DNA of 64,000 nucleotides from an uncultured Flavobacteriaceae bacterium (GTDB taxonomy: Bacteria > Bacteroidota > Bacteroidia > Flavobacteriales > Flavobacteriaceae), in contig CAZOGC010000015.1 of assembly GCA_964579505.1 (NCBI GenBank), forward strand, positions 1,603-65,602, given 5' to 3'. The notes beneath the pieces were generated by a model, which was not told the DNA's origin, searched no databases, and worked only from the letters and a program-made list of their open reading frames with translations. Of the stretch, positions 1-9,050 are shown piece after piece. Numbering within the stretch: position 1 is the stretch's first letter; each line of letters begins with the position of its first letter. The position numbers and the translations under genes are program-made.

Positions 1-246
1 ATTGTAGGACAGAACACCCGTCCGGACGACATTAATGTTAATATTACGAAGACCAAGAAGATGACTAACGTACGGGCTTCGGGGTCTGACGATAAAGCTA
101 AAATTGTGCCGGCAATTAAATTTAGTTTAGAAGAAGCCTTAGAATATATTCAAAAAGATGAGTATGTAGAGGTGACTCCAAATCATTTGCGATTGCGTAA
201 AATATATTTAAAAGAGTTTGAACGCCGTCGTCACAGAAATGCGTAG
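1..246 (+). CDS. typA: Translational GTPase TypA/BipA, C-terminal fragment (5' end outside window)
   Basis: Frame 1 is open from base 1. Translation IVGQNTRPDDINVNITKTKKMTNVRASGSDDKAKIVPAIKFSLEEALEYIQKDEYVEVTPNHLRLRKIYL matches the conserved BipA C-terminal region. Confidence 0.85.
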   Translation: MVGQNTRPDDINVNITKTKKMTNVRASGSDDKAKIVPAIKFSLEEALEYIQKDEYVEVTPNHLRLRKIYLKEFERRRHRNA

Positions 247-282
247 TATATTGCGTTGCCTATAAATATAAAATCGTTTCAA

Positions 283-1137
283 ATGAAAAAAAATGCATTC
301 CGCTTTGGGGCCGTTGTTATGGCAATTTTGTGCACTTCTTTTGTCTTTGCACAGTCTAGCACACTTCGTTATACGGCGCACAATAAGGGTAAGTTTTTTG
401 TGTATTGGGGATGGAACAGAGGGTATTATAGCCACTCAGATATCCATTTTCAAGGAAAAGATTACGACTTTACGATTTATAACGCTAAGGCACACGACAA
501 ACAAAGCAGTTTTTCATACCACAATTATTTTCAACCTGATCGGGTAACCATTCCGCAGACAGATGTACGAATAGGTTATTTTATTACCGACCATTACAAT
601 GTTTCATTGGGAATAGACCATATGAAATACGTGATGACTTCTGGGCAAAATGCGCGGGTTAATGGGTATATTGACGTTGCGAGCGGTAGCCCATATAACG
701 GTGATTACCATAACCAAATGACGTATATAGATGATAATTTTTTACATTTAGAACATACCGATGGGCTAAATTATATAAATGTACAAGTTGCACGATACGA
801 CGATTTAGGTACGCTGTTGGGCGGTAAGTGGAACACCGATATATTTCAGCTTAATTTGTATGAGGGGCTGGGAGCCGGGGTTTTAGTGCCTAAAACTAAT
901 GCTACTATTTTAAATCGCCCCAGACACGATAAGTTTCATCTTTCAGGATATGGTATATCGGCAATGCAAGGGCTTAACTTTACCTTTTTTAAACACTATT
1001 TCTTTCAGGTAGAGTTAAAAGAGGGCTATATTAACATGCCTGATATTCGCACTACCTATTCATCTTCAGACAAAGCTTCACAACACTTTTTCTTTTTAGA
1101 GCCCACTATTATGTTTGGCGGTATTTTTAGATTATAA
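283..1137 (+). CDS. Hypothetical secreted / outer-membrane beta-rich protein
   Basis: ORF 256..1137. Internal ATG at 283 gives signal peptide MKKNAFRFGAVVMAILCTSFVFAQ. Aromatic-rich alternating pattern and C-terminal MFGGIFRL resemble beta-barrel OMPs. No family recognised. Confidence 0.55.
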   Translation: MKKNAFRFGAVVMAILCTSFVFAQSSTLRYTAHNKGKFFVYWGWNRGYYSHSDIHFQGKDYDFTIYNAKAHDKQSSFSYHNYFQPDRVTIPQTDVRIGYFITDHYNVSLGIDHMKYVMTSGQNARVNGYIDVASGSPYNGDYHNQMTYIDDNFLHLEHTDGLNYINVQVARYDDLGTLLGGKWNTDIFQLNLYEGLGAGVLVPKTNATILNRPRHDKFHLSGYGISAMQGLNFTFFKHYFFQVELKEGYINMPDIRTTYSSSDKASQHFFFLEPTIMFGGIFRL

Positions 1138-1263
1138 TACGCAACGGCTTAAAAGGGTGGTTTATGAATAGATTGGCAAGTCGTTTTTTGGTACGACTAG
1201 CGGCCTGACTTAGCAATCTAGAATTGACGGAATAAGTTGTGTATGATTTTGCGCGTTAGCATC

Positions 1264-3825
1264 TTATTCGTTTAATGTGTTTTCCAATGTTTGTTTAAAT
1301 TCGTTTTCGTTGCTGTAATTGTAAAAGGGGACGGCTGTTATTCTGTAAGTGTCCGTATGTATTTTTATCGTCTTTTTATCTTGTCTAATCTCGTTTAAAA
1401 ATTCTTCTTTCCATTTGTCGTGTGCAATCAAATGTTTTCCTTTTGGTTCTATGAAAACTTGGAAAGTCACATTCTTGTCGGCTCTTTGTTTGCAAAACAG
1501 TAAAAAATCGGGTTCAAACCTTCTTCCCAACTTATCGTAAATTTTCACTTCCCGCTCATTTCGGATGAGATAGATGTTTTCAAATTTTTGGTTTAAACTT
1601 TCAAACCGTCTGGAAAATAGTTCCACAAATTTCTTTTCTTCGCTTGTTCCATAATTTGCATTGTAAACATACCAAGGCTCATTGGCAACTAAATCTTCTT
1701 GTCCGTCTGCTCGTTCATCATATTTGTTTACACGAATTTTCTTATCCTTGAAAACTTTATGAACATAATCTGAAATAAAATTTGAGCCTTCATATTCGGT
1801 TGAATTGTTTTTTATGTCGGCTTCAATATCTTTTAAAAGACCTGTCAAGGCTTGAAGGTAATCGAAATGGGTTATGGCTTTCAAACGTTTTGGCGTTCCG
1901 CGAAAAGTGATTTCCAAGCTTGATAAATAGTCTTCACTTTCAATAAAATTGGCAATTGAACCAACGTTTGGAAAATAACGTGATAAATTCTCAAAATAGT
2001 AAAACGGATTTTGGCTCAACGCAAAACGAATCGTGTGTTTTGGGATTTCGGTCAGTTTTACATCTTTTGATTTAATGACATCGGAATCTGAAACCGTGGG
2101 TTCCAATTCAAATTCTATGGCATTTGACATTCTGCCAACTCCCGAGGAAAGTGTATGCTTGTAATTGGTTTTTGTCACGCCCAAATCGGCGAAGGATTTT
2201 ATGTTGTCAAAATTTTTAGGTTCTTTTTTGTTGTAAAAAACTTGTCCTTCTTTGTAAAAATCGGTTTTCTTGAATTCAAGTTTTAGATTAAGCTGTTTGG
2301 TTTCCAAATTTTCGTCATCTTCATAAATACCCGATTCCACAAGGGCTTTTTTCAATTCCGAAATATATTTGCTGTCTTCTTTGGTGTGGTAATACAATTC
2401 TTCCAAAGTTTTCAAGTCATTGGAAATATCATCATCGTATTTTCGGGTGTATTTATCCTGTCCGTTTTCCAAGGTAAACGGATAATACCGTGCGCCACGA
2501 CCGATTAACTGCGCTTCGGAAAGTGTGGTTTTTCCGGGTTTTCCCGCTCTGCCGTCCCGTCCTTCGTATAAACGTACAATATCGAACAAATTCAAAACGT
2601 CCCAACCTTCATTGAGTTTTTGGACGGCAAAAACGGCTCTAATCGGGTTGTTTTCATCTTCCAAGGTGTTGAGCAAAATTTGGTTTTTCTCTGCTTCTTC
2701 GTCATTGTTGGCGCTTAAACAATTTTCTTCCTTGAAATTGTTCTGTATGCGTTTTACGATTTCGTTTAACGAAATACCCTTTTTCTCGAAGAATTTAAAC
2801 GCCTTTTGAACGATGGGAACGGTGGATGTTTTTTTGATTTTATCAATCATCGCCACCGAAAAATCATCAATTAGTTTGTGAAAATCGGCTTTGTTTTGCT
2901 CCGATTCTTTGATGGTCCTTTTGGCTTTGAACAAGATTACAGGCTTCAAATTGATGTTGTTTGACGTCGCCAATTCTTGGCGGTATAAATTTAAAATCAA
3001 GGCTTGGATAATTCTTTCTTGCTCATCGTACAAGGAACGGATGAGATTGATTTCCTTGGAATATTTGTCGATACGAAACTGGGCAAGGTCGTATTTGTAA
3101 ATAACCTTGTTTTGGTATTTTTTTACGATTTTTTCGCTGTCATAATCCAAGGTGGCGGTAAATTCCAAAAGAATATTATCCAAGTTTTGATTGAGAATTT
3201 CCAAAACTGTTCCTTCCCAACTGCCGAATAATTTACCGTTCCCGTTTTTAGTTCCACTGCTCAAATGGTGGGCTTCGTCCGCAATAAGCGCAATTTTCTT
3301 GTCTTTAAAATCTTCGTAGGTAAGGCTGTTTTCCTTGGTATTGTTCAGGTCGATGTGCAGTTGCTGAATCGTGGTAAACTTGATGTTTATATTTTCATTG
3401 TCAGCTTCTTCAAAATTATCGACCGCTTTGATTAAAACTTCCTTGCCGTCAATAACGATTTTGTCTTTGAATAGATATTTCGAAGCCTGTTCGTTCAAAA
3501 AATTGTCCTTTGTTTTCTGAACAATGTTGTTGCTGTTCACAAAAAACAGAAAATTGCGGTAGCCTTTTTCGTAAAGGTAAAGCATCAAACCTGCCATTAC
3601 CAAGGTTTTACCGCTTCCGGTTGCCATATTGTAAAGCAAATGCAAGGGTTTGTAGGGTTTGCCTTCAAAATCTTCCGAATAGCAAAGAATAAAGCGTTGA
3701 AAAGCTTCGGTTTGGTAGGGGCGTGGCTCGTATTTTAGGTTATCGCCAATGTTGTTGGGAACGATTGTTTGTTCAAGTGTTCGTTTACCAAATTCCTGTA
3801 ATAAAGTGTCGTATAAATAGGCCAT
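1264..3825 (-). CDS. res: Type III restriction enzyme, Res subunit (SF2 helicase plus PD-(D/E)xK nuclease)
   Basis: 853-aa ORF. Helicase motif I MATGSGKT and motif II IADEAHH (DEAH). C-terminal nuclease-like FEPDFLLF...VFIEPKG. Starts 4 nt after the mod stop, the usual type III mod-res order. Confidence 0.85.
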   Translation of the reverse strand: MAYLYDTLLQEFGKRTLEQTIVPNNIGDNLKYEPRPYQTEAFQRFILCYSEDFEGKPYKPLHLLYNMATGSGKTLVMAGLMLYLYEKGYRNFLFFVNSNNIVQKTKDNFLNEQASKYLFKDKIVIDGKEVLIKAVDNFEEADNENINIKFTTIQQLHIDLNNTKENSLTYEDFKDKKIALIADEAHHLSSGTKNGNGKLFGSWEGTVLEILNQNLDNILLEFTATLDYDSEKIVKKYQNKVIYKYDLAQFRIDKYSKEINLIRSLYDEQERIIQALILNLYRQELATSNNINLKPVILFKAKRTIKESEQNKADFHKLIDDFSVAMIDKIKKTSTVPIVQKAFKFFEKKGISLNEIVKRIQNNFKEENCLSANNDEEAEKNQILLNTLEDENNPIRAVFAVQKLNEGWDVLNLFDIVRLYEGRDGRAGKPGKTTLSEAQLIGRGARYYPFTLENGQDKYTRKYDDDISNDLKTLEELYYHTKEDSKYISELKKALVESGIYEDDENLETKQLNLKLEFKKTDFYKEGQVFYNKKEPKNFDNIKSFADLGVTKTNYKHTLSSGVGRMSNAIEFELEPTVSDSDVIKSKDVKLTEIPKHTIRFALSQNPFYYFENLSRYFPNVGSIANFIESEDYLSSLEITFRGTPKRLKAITHFDYLQALTGLLKDIEADIKNNSTEYEGSNFISDYVHKVFKDKKIRVNKYDERADGQEDLVANEPWYVYNANYGTSEEKKFVELFSRRFESLNQKFENIYLIRNEREVKIYDKLGRRFEPDFLLFCKQRADKNVTFQVFIEPKGKHLIAHDKWKEEFLNEIRQDKKTIKIHTDTYRITAVPFYNYSNENEFKQTLENTLNE

Positions 3826-3829
3826 TTCT

Positions 3830-5884
3830 TTATTGTTTCTTGATTTGGTAAAAGTCTTGGGTTACTTTCTTTTCTTCGTCCGTACATTCAAATTCGGTAT
3901 CGTTGAGCGAAGAAAGGTTAACGTACAACTGGTTTTTGTCCAACAACTCGCAAAGATGTTGTTTTTGTTCTTCGAGCGAAAGCTGTTTAAAATCTTCAAT
4001 ATGTTCTTCTTGTTTTTTTATATTTACGTTGTAATTCAAAAAGGATTTGGCTTTCATTTGTTGCCAAATTTTCAAGAGCGCGGTTGCTGAGCTTGCCGAA
4101 GCAATTTGCTCTATAAAAGTTTGGTTGTATTTTTTAAGCTCAAAATAGGTAAAAGAACCACCGCCTTGCCAATTGACGGATTTGGAAATACCGCCTTGTT
4201 CGCCTTCAATTACTTTTTTCAAGCGTTCAACAGCTACGGTTTCAATATAATCCATTTGCTCTATGCCTATGTATTGTCGATTCATTTTGTGGGCAACCGC
4301 AGCTGTTGTTCCACTACCAATATGAAAATCTAAAACTATATCACTTTCAGAAGAACCTATAGTTACAATTTGCTTAATTAAGTATTCAGATTTGGGGTAA
4401 GCAAATATTTTCTTATTAAATAAGGACTGTAATTCTTCAGTACCACGTCTATTACTGTAACTTGTTTCGTTCCAAATAGTCCTTGGTAATTTTTTTCCAA
4501 GTCGCATTTTTTGCGCTACACGATATTCCCCATTATTCATTTTCTGACCTACAATGTCAATATTGAGATTATTTTGTGCTTTTTCTTTTCCCCATCGCCA
4601 AACAAACTGGGTTCCATCTTTTTTGGATAAGGGTGGAAAGATTTCGACTGTGTCTTTATCTTTTTCTAAGGTTAAATTGTAATACCCTTCGTCATTAGGA
4701 AAAATTGACGCATAAAACGGATAATACAGGTTTGGACGATTCCCCTTATGAAAATTACTATTACTATTAAAAAGCGGGTGTAAATAATAACGTCCAAATT
4801 TATCTTCTTTGTTGTATTTTGAAGTATCCTTTATCTCAACCTTATTTAATTTAGTTGACGAATTATTCTTACTAAATATGTGAATATACTCCTGATTTTG
4901 AGCAAAAAACCCATAATCTCGCCCATTAGGCGTAGCATTAGTAATTAAAGTTGCTTGAAAATTAAATGTGTTAAAGACATCATCCATCAGTATTTTTAAA
5001 TAGGATTGCTCATTGTCGTCACAATGAACCATTATTACACCATCTTTACGTAATAGTTCCTTTGCAATAGATAACCTATTTTTCATAAATGTCAACCAAG
5101 TAGAATGATTAAAGCTGTCATTATACTTAAATCCATCATTTCCTGTATTGTACGGTGGGTCGATATAAATCAGTTTTACCTTTCCGGCAAACTCTTTTTT
5201 TAGGGAATGTAAAGCCAACAGGTTGTTGCCTTTGATAATTAGGTTATCGGTAATGGTATCTTCGGGCAGACTTCGTTTTTTGTTCAGTTCTGCGTCTCGG
5301 GTAAATAGAGATTCTGAATCAAGTTCAGAATGACAGAGTGGGTGTTCGCTTGCTTGTGTTGTGCCTGCCGAAATATCAAACCTTTTGGCATTGGTCAACA
5401 CTTTGGGTTCGAGCAATTGGGTAATTTCGTCTTGCGCCAAAATCTCGTTGAAGAAAATTTCTTCCCGTTTGTCTTCTTCACGGCTTTGTCCACCTTCCAA
5501 AATACAATCCTTGAACGGCCAAACCAAAGCTGTTTCATTGCGTTGTTTGAGGTATTTTCCGTCAATCGTCAGTCCTACTTTGTTTTTATACTTCGTATAG
5601 CTGTCGTTTAGGTAATTTTTTTGTTCCAAAAAGCGGGCAAACAGGTTTTGGTTGAAAATCGTTACGTCCTCTCCTTTTGATAGGCTCAGGGTTCGGAAGA
5701 ATTTGGCTTTTAGTTCTTCGTTATCGAGCAAGAGTTCAATCAGTTCTTCATCAAAGTTTTGTGCCTTATTCAGTACCACCCATTTTTTCAGTTCCCCATT
5801 GTCGGTCACGAAGTTGGGTTCTTTTTTAAGTTGGGATTCCAGTTCTTGGTATAATTTCATTGAATACAGAGTTTTAGCATTCAC
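3830..5884 (-). CDS. mod: Type III DNA methyltransferase, Mod subunit (beta-class N6-adenine/N4-cytosine MTase)
   Basis: 684-aa ORF. Motif IV IDPPYNTG lies upstream of a long variable region, followed by AdoMet motif I VLDFHIGSGTTAAVA. This IV-TRD-I order is typical of type III Mod. Confidence 0.85.
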   Translation of the reverse strand: MNAKTLYSMKLYQELESQLKKEPNFVTDNGELKKWVVLNKAQNFDEELIELLLDNEELKAKFFRTLSLSKGEDVTIFNQNLFARFLEQKNYLNDSYTKYKNKVGLTIDGKYLKQRNETALVWPFKDCILEGGQSREEDKREEIFFNEILAQDEITQLLEPKVLTNAKRFDISAGTTQASEHPLCHSELDSESLFTRDAELNKKRSLPEDTITDNLIIKGNNLLALHSLKKEFAGKVKLIYIDPPYNTGNDGFKYNDSFNHSTWLTFMKNRLSIAKELLRKDGVIMVHCDDNEQSYLKILMDDVFNTFNFQATLITNATPNGRDYGFFAQNQEYIHIFSKNNSSTKLNKVEIKDTSKYNKEDKFGRYYLHPLFNSNSNFHKGNRPNLYYPFYASIFPNDEGYYNLTLEKDKDTVEIFPPLSKKDGTQFVWRWGKEKAQNNLNIDIVGQKMNNGEYRVAQKMRLGKKLPRTIWNETSYSNRRGTEELQSLFNKKIFAYPKSEYLIKQIVTIGSSESDIVLDFHIGSGTTAAVAHKMNRQYIGIEQMDYIETVAVERLKKVIEGEQGGISKSVNWQGGGSFTYFELKKYNQTFIEQIASASSATALLKIWQQMKAKSFLNYNVNIKKQEEHIEDFKQLSLEEQKQHLCELLDKNQLYVNLSSLNDTEFECTDEEKKVTQDFYQIKKQ
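5311..5331. repeat. Perfect 8-bp-stem palindrome ATTCTGAA-TCAAG-TTCAGAAT inside the mod coding frame
   Basis: Read directly. Arms 5311..5318 and 5324..5331 are reverse complements. On the coding strand it reads tgtcattctgaacttgattcagaatctc = CHSELDSES. Confidence 0.8.
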
Positions 5885-5923
5885 TTTACGATACCCAAAA
5901 AATACGTGGGCTAATCCCTAATA

Positions 5924-6048
5924 CTTGCAATCGAGGTTCTTGCAAAACCTACTGTACAAAGCAAAAAGGAACGCCCACGCTTTAACGCAGGCGTTTCCAC
6001 TTTTACTTCCCTGTACAGTTGAAAAAATTGCAAGATTTCGATTGCAGG
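5924..6048. repeat. Long imperfect inverted repeat (~125 nt hairpin) upstream of mod
   Basis: Left arm 5924..5980 against the reverse complement of 5987..6048. Perfectly pairing blocks are TGCAATCGA, TCTTGCAA and ACTGTACA, plus a GGAA(A)CGCC apical stem, separated by internal loops. Centre is near 5983. Confidence 0.7.
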
Positions 6049-6124
6049 AAATTTTAAAGCGAAACGCTATATTTTATATGTTGTTAATTCTTCTTATTTT
6101 ATCATAAACATCAATTATTGGTTT

Positions 6125-6132
6125 CAAATATA
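6125..6132 (-). promoter_or_regulatory. Candidate Bacteroidota -7 box (TATATTTG on minus strand) for mod-res
   Basis: CAAATATA on the plus strand is TAnnTTTG on the minus strand, 240 nt upstream of the mod ATG. No closer match to the box was seen. Confidence 0.35.
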
Positions 6133-6267
6133 CTGTTTTTGGAGCGTTGACTAACAAAATAGTCTTCTCATATTTTTTTGTGTTTGGCTTTAATCTCACA
6201 CGTGCGGGATTAAAGTTTAAACCTGCTAGACAGGCGAGTTACATAAAATCGTTGTTAGCAGCCGTTT

Positions 6268-7635
6268 TTAGTTCTTTAGTTTTAGTTCTATTTCTTTGGC
6301 GTCTTCTAAACGCTCGGGTAAATCATCTGTATAGTGTGCTATATATCTTTGAATAGCTTTTAATCCTGTTTTTCTTTTTACATTACTTTCTAAAGCTACT
6401 TTTGCAATCCACCAATCAAAACGGGAAGAGAATTTGGTCTTTTTCTTTTTCCATTTTTGTGCAAATTCAATAGCTCTTTTTGGTTGGTTCATTTTTTTAT
6501 AAAGAAGTTGTATAGGCCTTCTAAAATAGAAAAAGTTATCGCTATAGCCTACTTCTAGGTTTTTTTCCCAAGAAGTCAAGGCTTTTTCATAGCTTCCCAA
6601 TCTTTCGTAATCCTGAGCATAACTACCATAAAATGTGTTTTGTATACCTAAATGCTCAATTTCAAATTTTTGTATTCTTTCAAGCTGTTTATCATTTTTA
6701 ACGGCAAGTTTTATGGTGCCTAAATCATTTCTAGTTACGTGAAATGTGCCATAAATTGATTTTATTTTTTTTGCATATTGTTTTAAAAATTCTAAAGGTT
6801 TTACTTTATGATTGATTAGAGAATCTATAAGATTTTGATTCCAATCGCTCAAATGATCATATTTTGAAAACACAAAAGAAATACCGTTATGAAGTCCTTC
6901 TCCTGCAACTCCTTGATGATTTGCGTCGTATAGTACTTGGCGAAAAATTAAGTTGGAGTTTTGATTGAGTGCAAACAAACTATCAAGCTTCATTCCTGTA
7001 TGTAACCTTGATGTTGCATCTCTTTTTCCCGAAGCAACAAAATAAAAAATAGATTTCTTATGAGGTTGCTGTGTAAAATTTATAAATTCTTTCATTTGGT
7101 TTCCTACATACCGCTGACTTAAAGCTATAAAACCCCTGAAAGGTTGGTCTTTTTGAGTTAAAACTTTGCCGCAAAAAGTAGCCCCATCAGAATGACCAAT
7201 TAAAACATTAAACCCCGAGGTGGAATATCTTGAATTGATTTTAGGAACGAGCTCTCGAGTTATATAGTTGTAAAACTTTGAGCCACTTTCGTTAAATTCA
7301 CCGGTATCCCAATTAAACCCCAAATCTTTGTTTCGAAATTTTTCGTGAATACCGACTACAATGGAATTTGGTATGACTCCAAAATCTGTTAAAACAGCAG
7401 TTTCGAGCATTGTTGGATAAAACATCCAATTGGCGTCTAAGGTATAAATTACCGGATATTTTTGATCTTTAGAATAGTCTTTTGGTAAGTAAATATTTAT
7501 AATTCTGTAATCTTGAAGATTTGAAGAATAGATAGAATCTACCGTGTATTTATAGGTTAATGTGTCAATATTGTTTTTTTGTGCAATAGCTGATGCGCTA
7601 ATTATCAAGAATAAAATTAAAATTGATTTTTTCAT
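6268..7635 (-). CDS. Secreted alpha/beta-hydrolase (putative esterase family) with C-terminal helical/TPR-like region
   Basis: Signal peptide MKKSILILFLIISASAIAQ. GxSxG nucleophile elbow IGHSDGA. Overall resemblance to the putative esterase family. The last ~150 aa are helical-repeat-like. Confidence 0.6.
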   Translation of the reverse strand: MKKSILILFLIISASAIAQKNNIDTLTYKYTVDSIYSSNLQDYRIINIYLPKDYSKDQKYPVIYTLDANWMFYPTMLETAVLTDFGVIPNSIVVGIHEKFRNKDLGFNWDTGEFNESGSKFYNYITRELVPKINSRYSTSGFNVLIGHSDGATFCGKVLTQKDQPFRGFIALSQRYVGNQMKEFINFTQQPHKKSIFYFVASGKRDATSRLHTGMKLDSLFALNQNSNLIFRQVLYDANHQGVAGEGLHNGISFVFSKYDHLSDWNQNLIDSLINHKVKPLEFLKQYAKKIKSIYGTFHVTRNDLGTIKLAVKNDKQLERIQKFEIEHLGIQNTFYGSYAQDYERLGSYEKALTSWEKNLEVGYSDNFFYFRRPIQLLYKKMNQPKRAIEFAQKWKKKKTKFSSRFDWWIAKVALESNVKRKTGLKAIQRYIAHYTDDLPERLEDAKEIELKLKN

Positions 7636-7730
7636 TTATACGGAAGTTTCTAGATTGGTGAATTCAAGTTACAAACGCAACTTTTTCATTAAACAGTAGT
7701 TTATCCATCATTTCTTGAGGAGAAGCAAAG

Positions 7731-9050
7731 TTAAACCGTTTTAGGGATGGTTTTTTGTTTGCGTTTCCAATACCCGTAATAAAAAATATACGCATAGCAG
7801 ATAATCAACAAAAAGAAGGCAAGTTTAAAACCTATGTTATCGGCTAAAAGTCCGTAGAGTGGCGGTATAACTGCCCCACCAACAATAGCGGTACAGAGCA
7901 ATCCTGAAGCCAGTGGTTTTAGTTCGTGTACATCGTCTATAGACAAGGCAAAGATGGTGGGGAACATAATAGAGTTAAACAACCCAACGGCTAAGACGGT
8001 CCACATAGCTATAAACCCGCCGGTATTCATCGTAATTAACAACATAGCAATGGCACAAATTGCAAAGCAGCAGAGCACCAATGCCGGTTTAAATATTTTG
8101 GTGAGGTACGACCCAATAAATCGTCCAATCATAGCTCCTAGCCAATAAAAAGTGGCAAAAACCCCCACAATGGCGGCGCCGCTGCTAACTTTAATACCGG
8201 TGCTGAGTAATAACTCGGTTAATGAACGCATAAAGCTGTTTTGAAGGATGAGTTTATCGAGCCCCATGTTTAGAAAATAATTTACCAAATAGCTACCAAT
8301 AGCCACTTCGGTGCCCACATAGAAGAAGAGTCCTACTACGCCAAGCATCAAGTTTCTGTGTTTAAACAAATCGCTGTATTTACCTTTTACTTTTTCGCCA
8401 ATTACCTTGGGTAGATTGGTAAACATAAAGTACACGGCTATACATAAAATAAAGATGCCTAAATAAAGAAAAGGTTGTTGTACAGCTTCAGCCTCTTGGT
8501 TAAGGTATAGCTCTTTAGCGTGGGCGGTAAGTGCTTGAATTTCTTCTTTACTTTTTACGGCGCCACTTAAAATAAAGGCTGCTCCAAAAATAGGAGCCAG
8601 GGCAGTGCCTAACGAGTTAAAAGCCTGCGAGAGGTTTAGTCGGCTAGAGGCGCCTTCACTAGAGCCTAAAACGGTTACGTATGGGTTGGCGGCCACTTGC
8701 AAAACGGTGATTCCGGCGGCCAATACAAAATTAGCAAAGATAAAAATGCCGAATACGCGATAAGCAGCAGCCGGATAAAAGAGAAAACACCCTACGGCCA
8801 TCGTACATAACCCCACTACAATTCCGTTTTTATAGCCAATCTTACTCAAGATAGAGCTAATGGGAATAGACAGCACAAAATAGGCAATAAAGAAAGAAAA
8901 CTGTGCTAATCCGGCTTCAAAATAGCTTAGATCAAACAGTTTAATGAGATGCGGAATGAGTGAGTCAATTAATACAGTGGTAAATCCCCAGATAAAGAAG
9001 AGGATAGTAATAATGATAAATGCGGTGCGATTAGCGTTATTCTTTTTCAT
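7731..9050 (-). CDS. MFS sugar:H+ symporter (FucP/GluP-like glucose/galactose/fucose permease)
   Basis: Polytopic hydrophobic ORF resembling FucP/GluP. Start moved to ATG 9050 (MKKNNANRTAF), which overlaps the GH92 stop by 14 nt. Confidence 0.75.
   Translation of the reverse strand: MKKNNANRTAFIIITILFFIWGFTTVLIDSLIPHLIKLFDLSYFEAGLAQFSFFIAYFVLSIPISSILSKIGYKNGIVVGLCTMAVGCFLFYPAAAYRVFGIFIFANFVLAAGITVLQVAANPYVTVLGSSEGASSRLNLSQAFNSLGTALAPIFGAAFILSGAVKSKEEIQALTAHAKELYLNQEAEAVQQPFLYLGIFILCIAVYFMFTNLPKVIGEKVKGKYSDLFKHRNLMLGVVGLFFYVGTEVAIGSYLVNYFLNMGLDKLILQNSFMRSLTELLLSTGIKVSSGAAIVGVFATFYWLGAMIGRFIGSYLTKIFKPALVLCCFAICAIAMLLITMNTGGFIAMWTVLAVGLFNSIMFPTIFALSIDDVHELKPLASGLLCTAIVGGAVIPPLYGLLADNIGFKLAFFLLIICYAYIFYYGYWKRKQKTIPKTV

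Noticed and set aside
1179-1198. AGTCGT-N8-ACGACT hairpin between the OMP gene and res
   Set aside because: The stem is only 6 bp and there is no flanking T-tract on either strand, so I do not call it a terminator.
5195-5201. Homopolymer tract in mod as a phase-variation switch
   Set aside because: It is only T7, and no tetra- or pentanucleotide repeats are present. That is too short to argue for slipped-strand phase variation.
5925-6356. ORFs of 60 aa and 69 aa on the plus strand, upstream of mod
   Set aside because: The first is made of the inverted-repeat sequence itself. The second runs into the 3' end of the esterase gene on the opposite strand. Neither has a recognisable motif.
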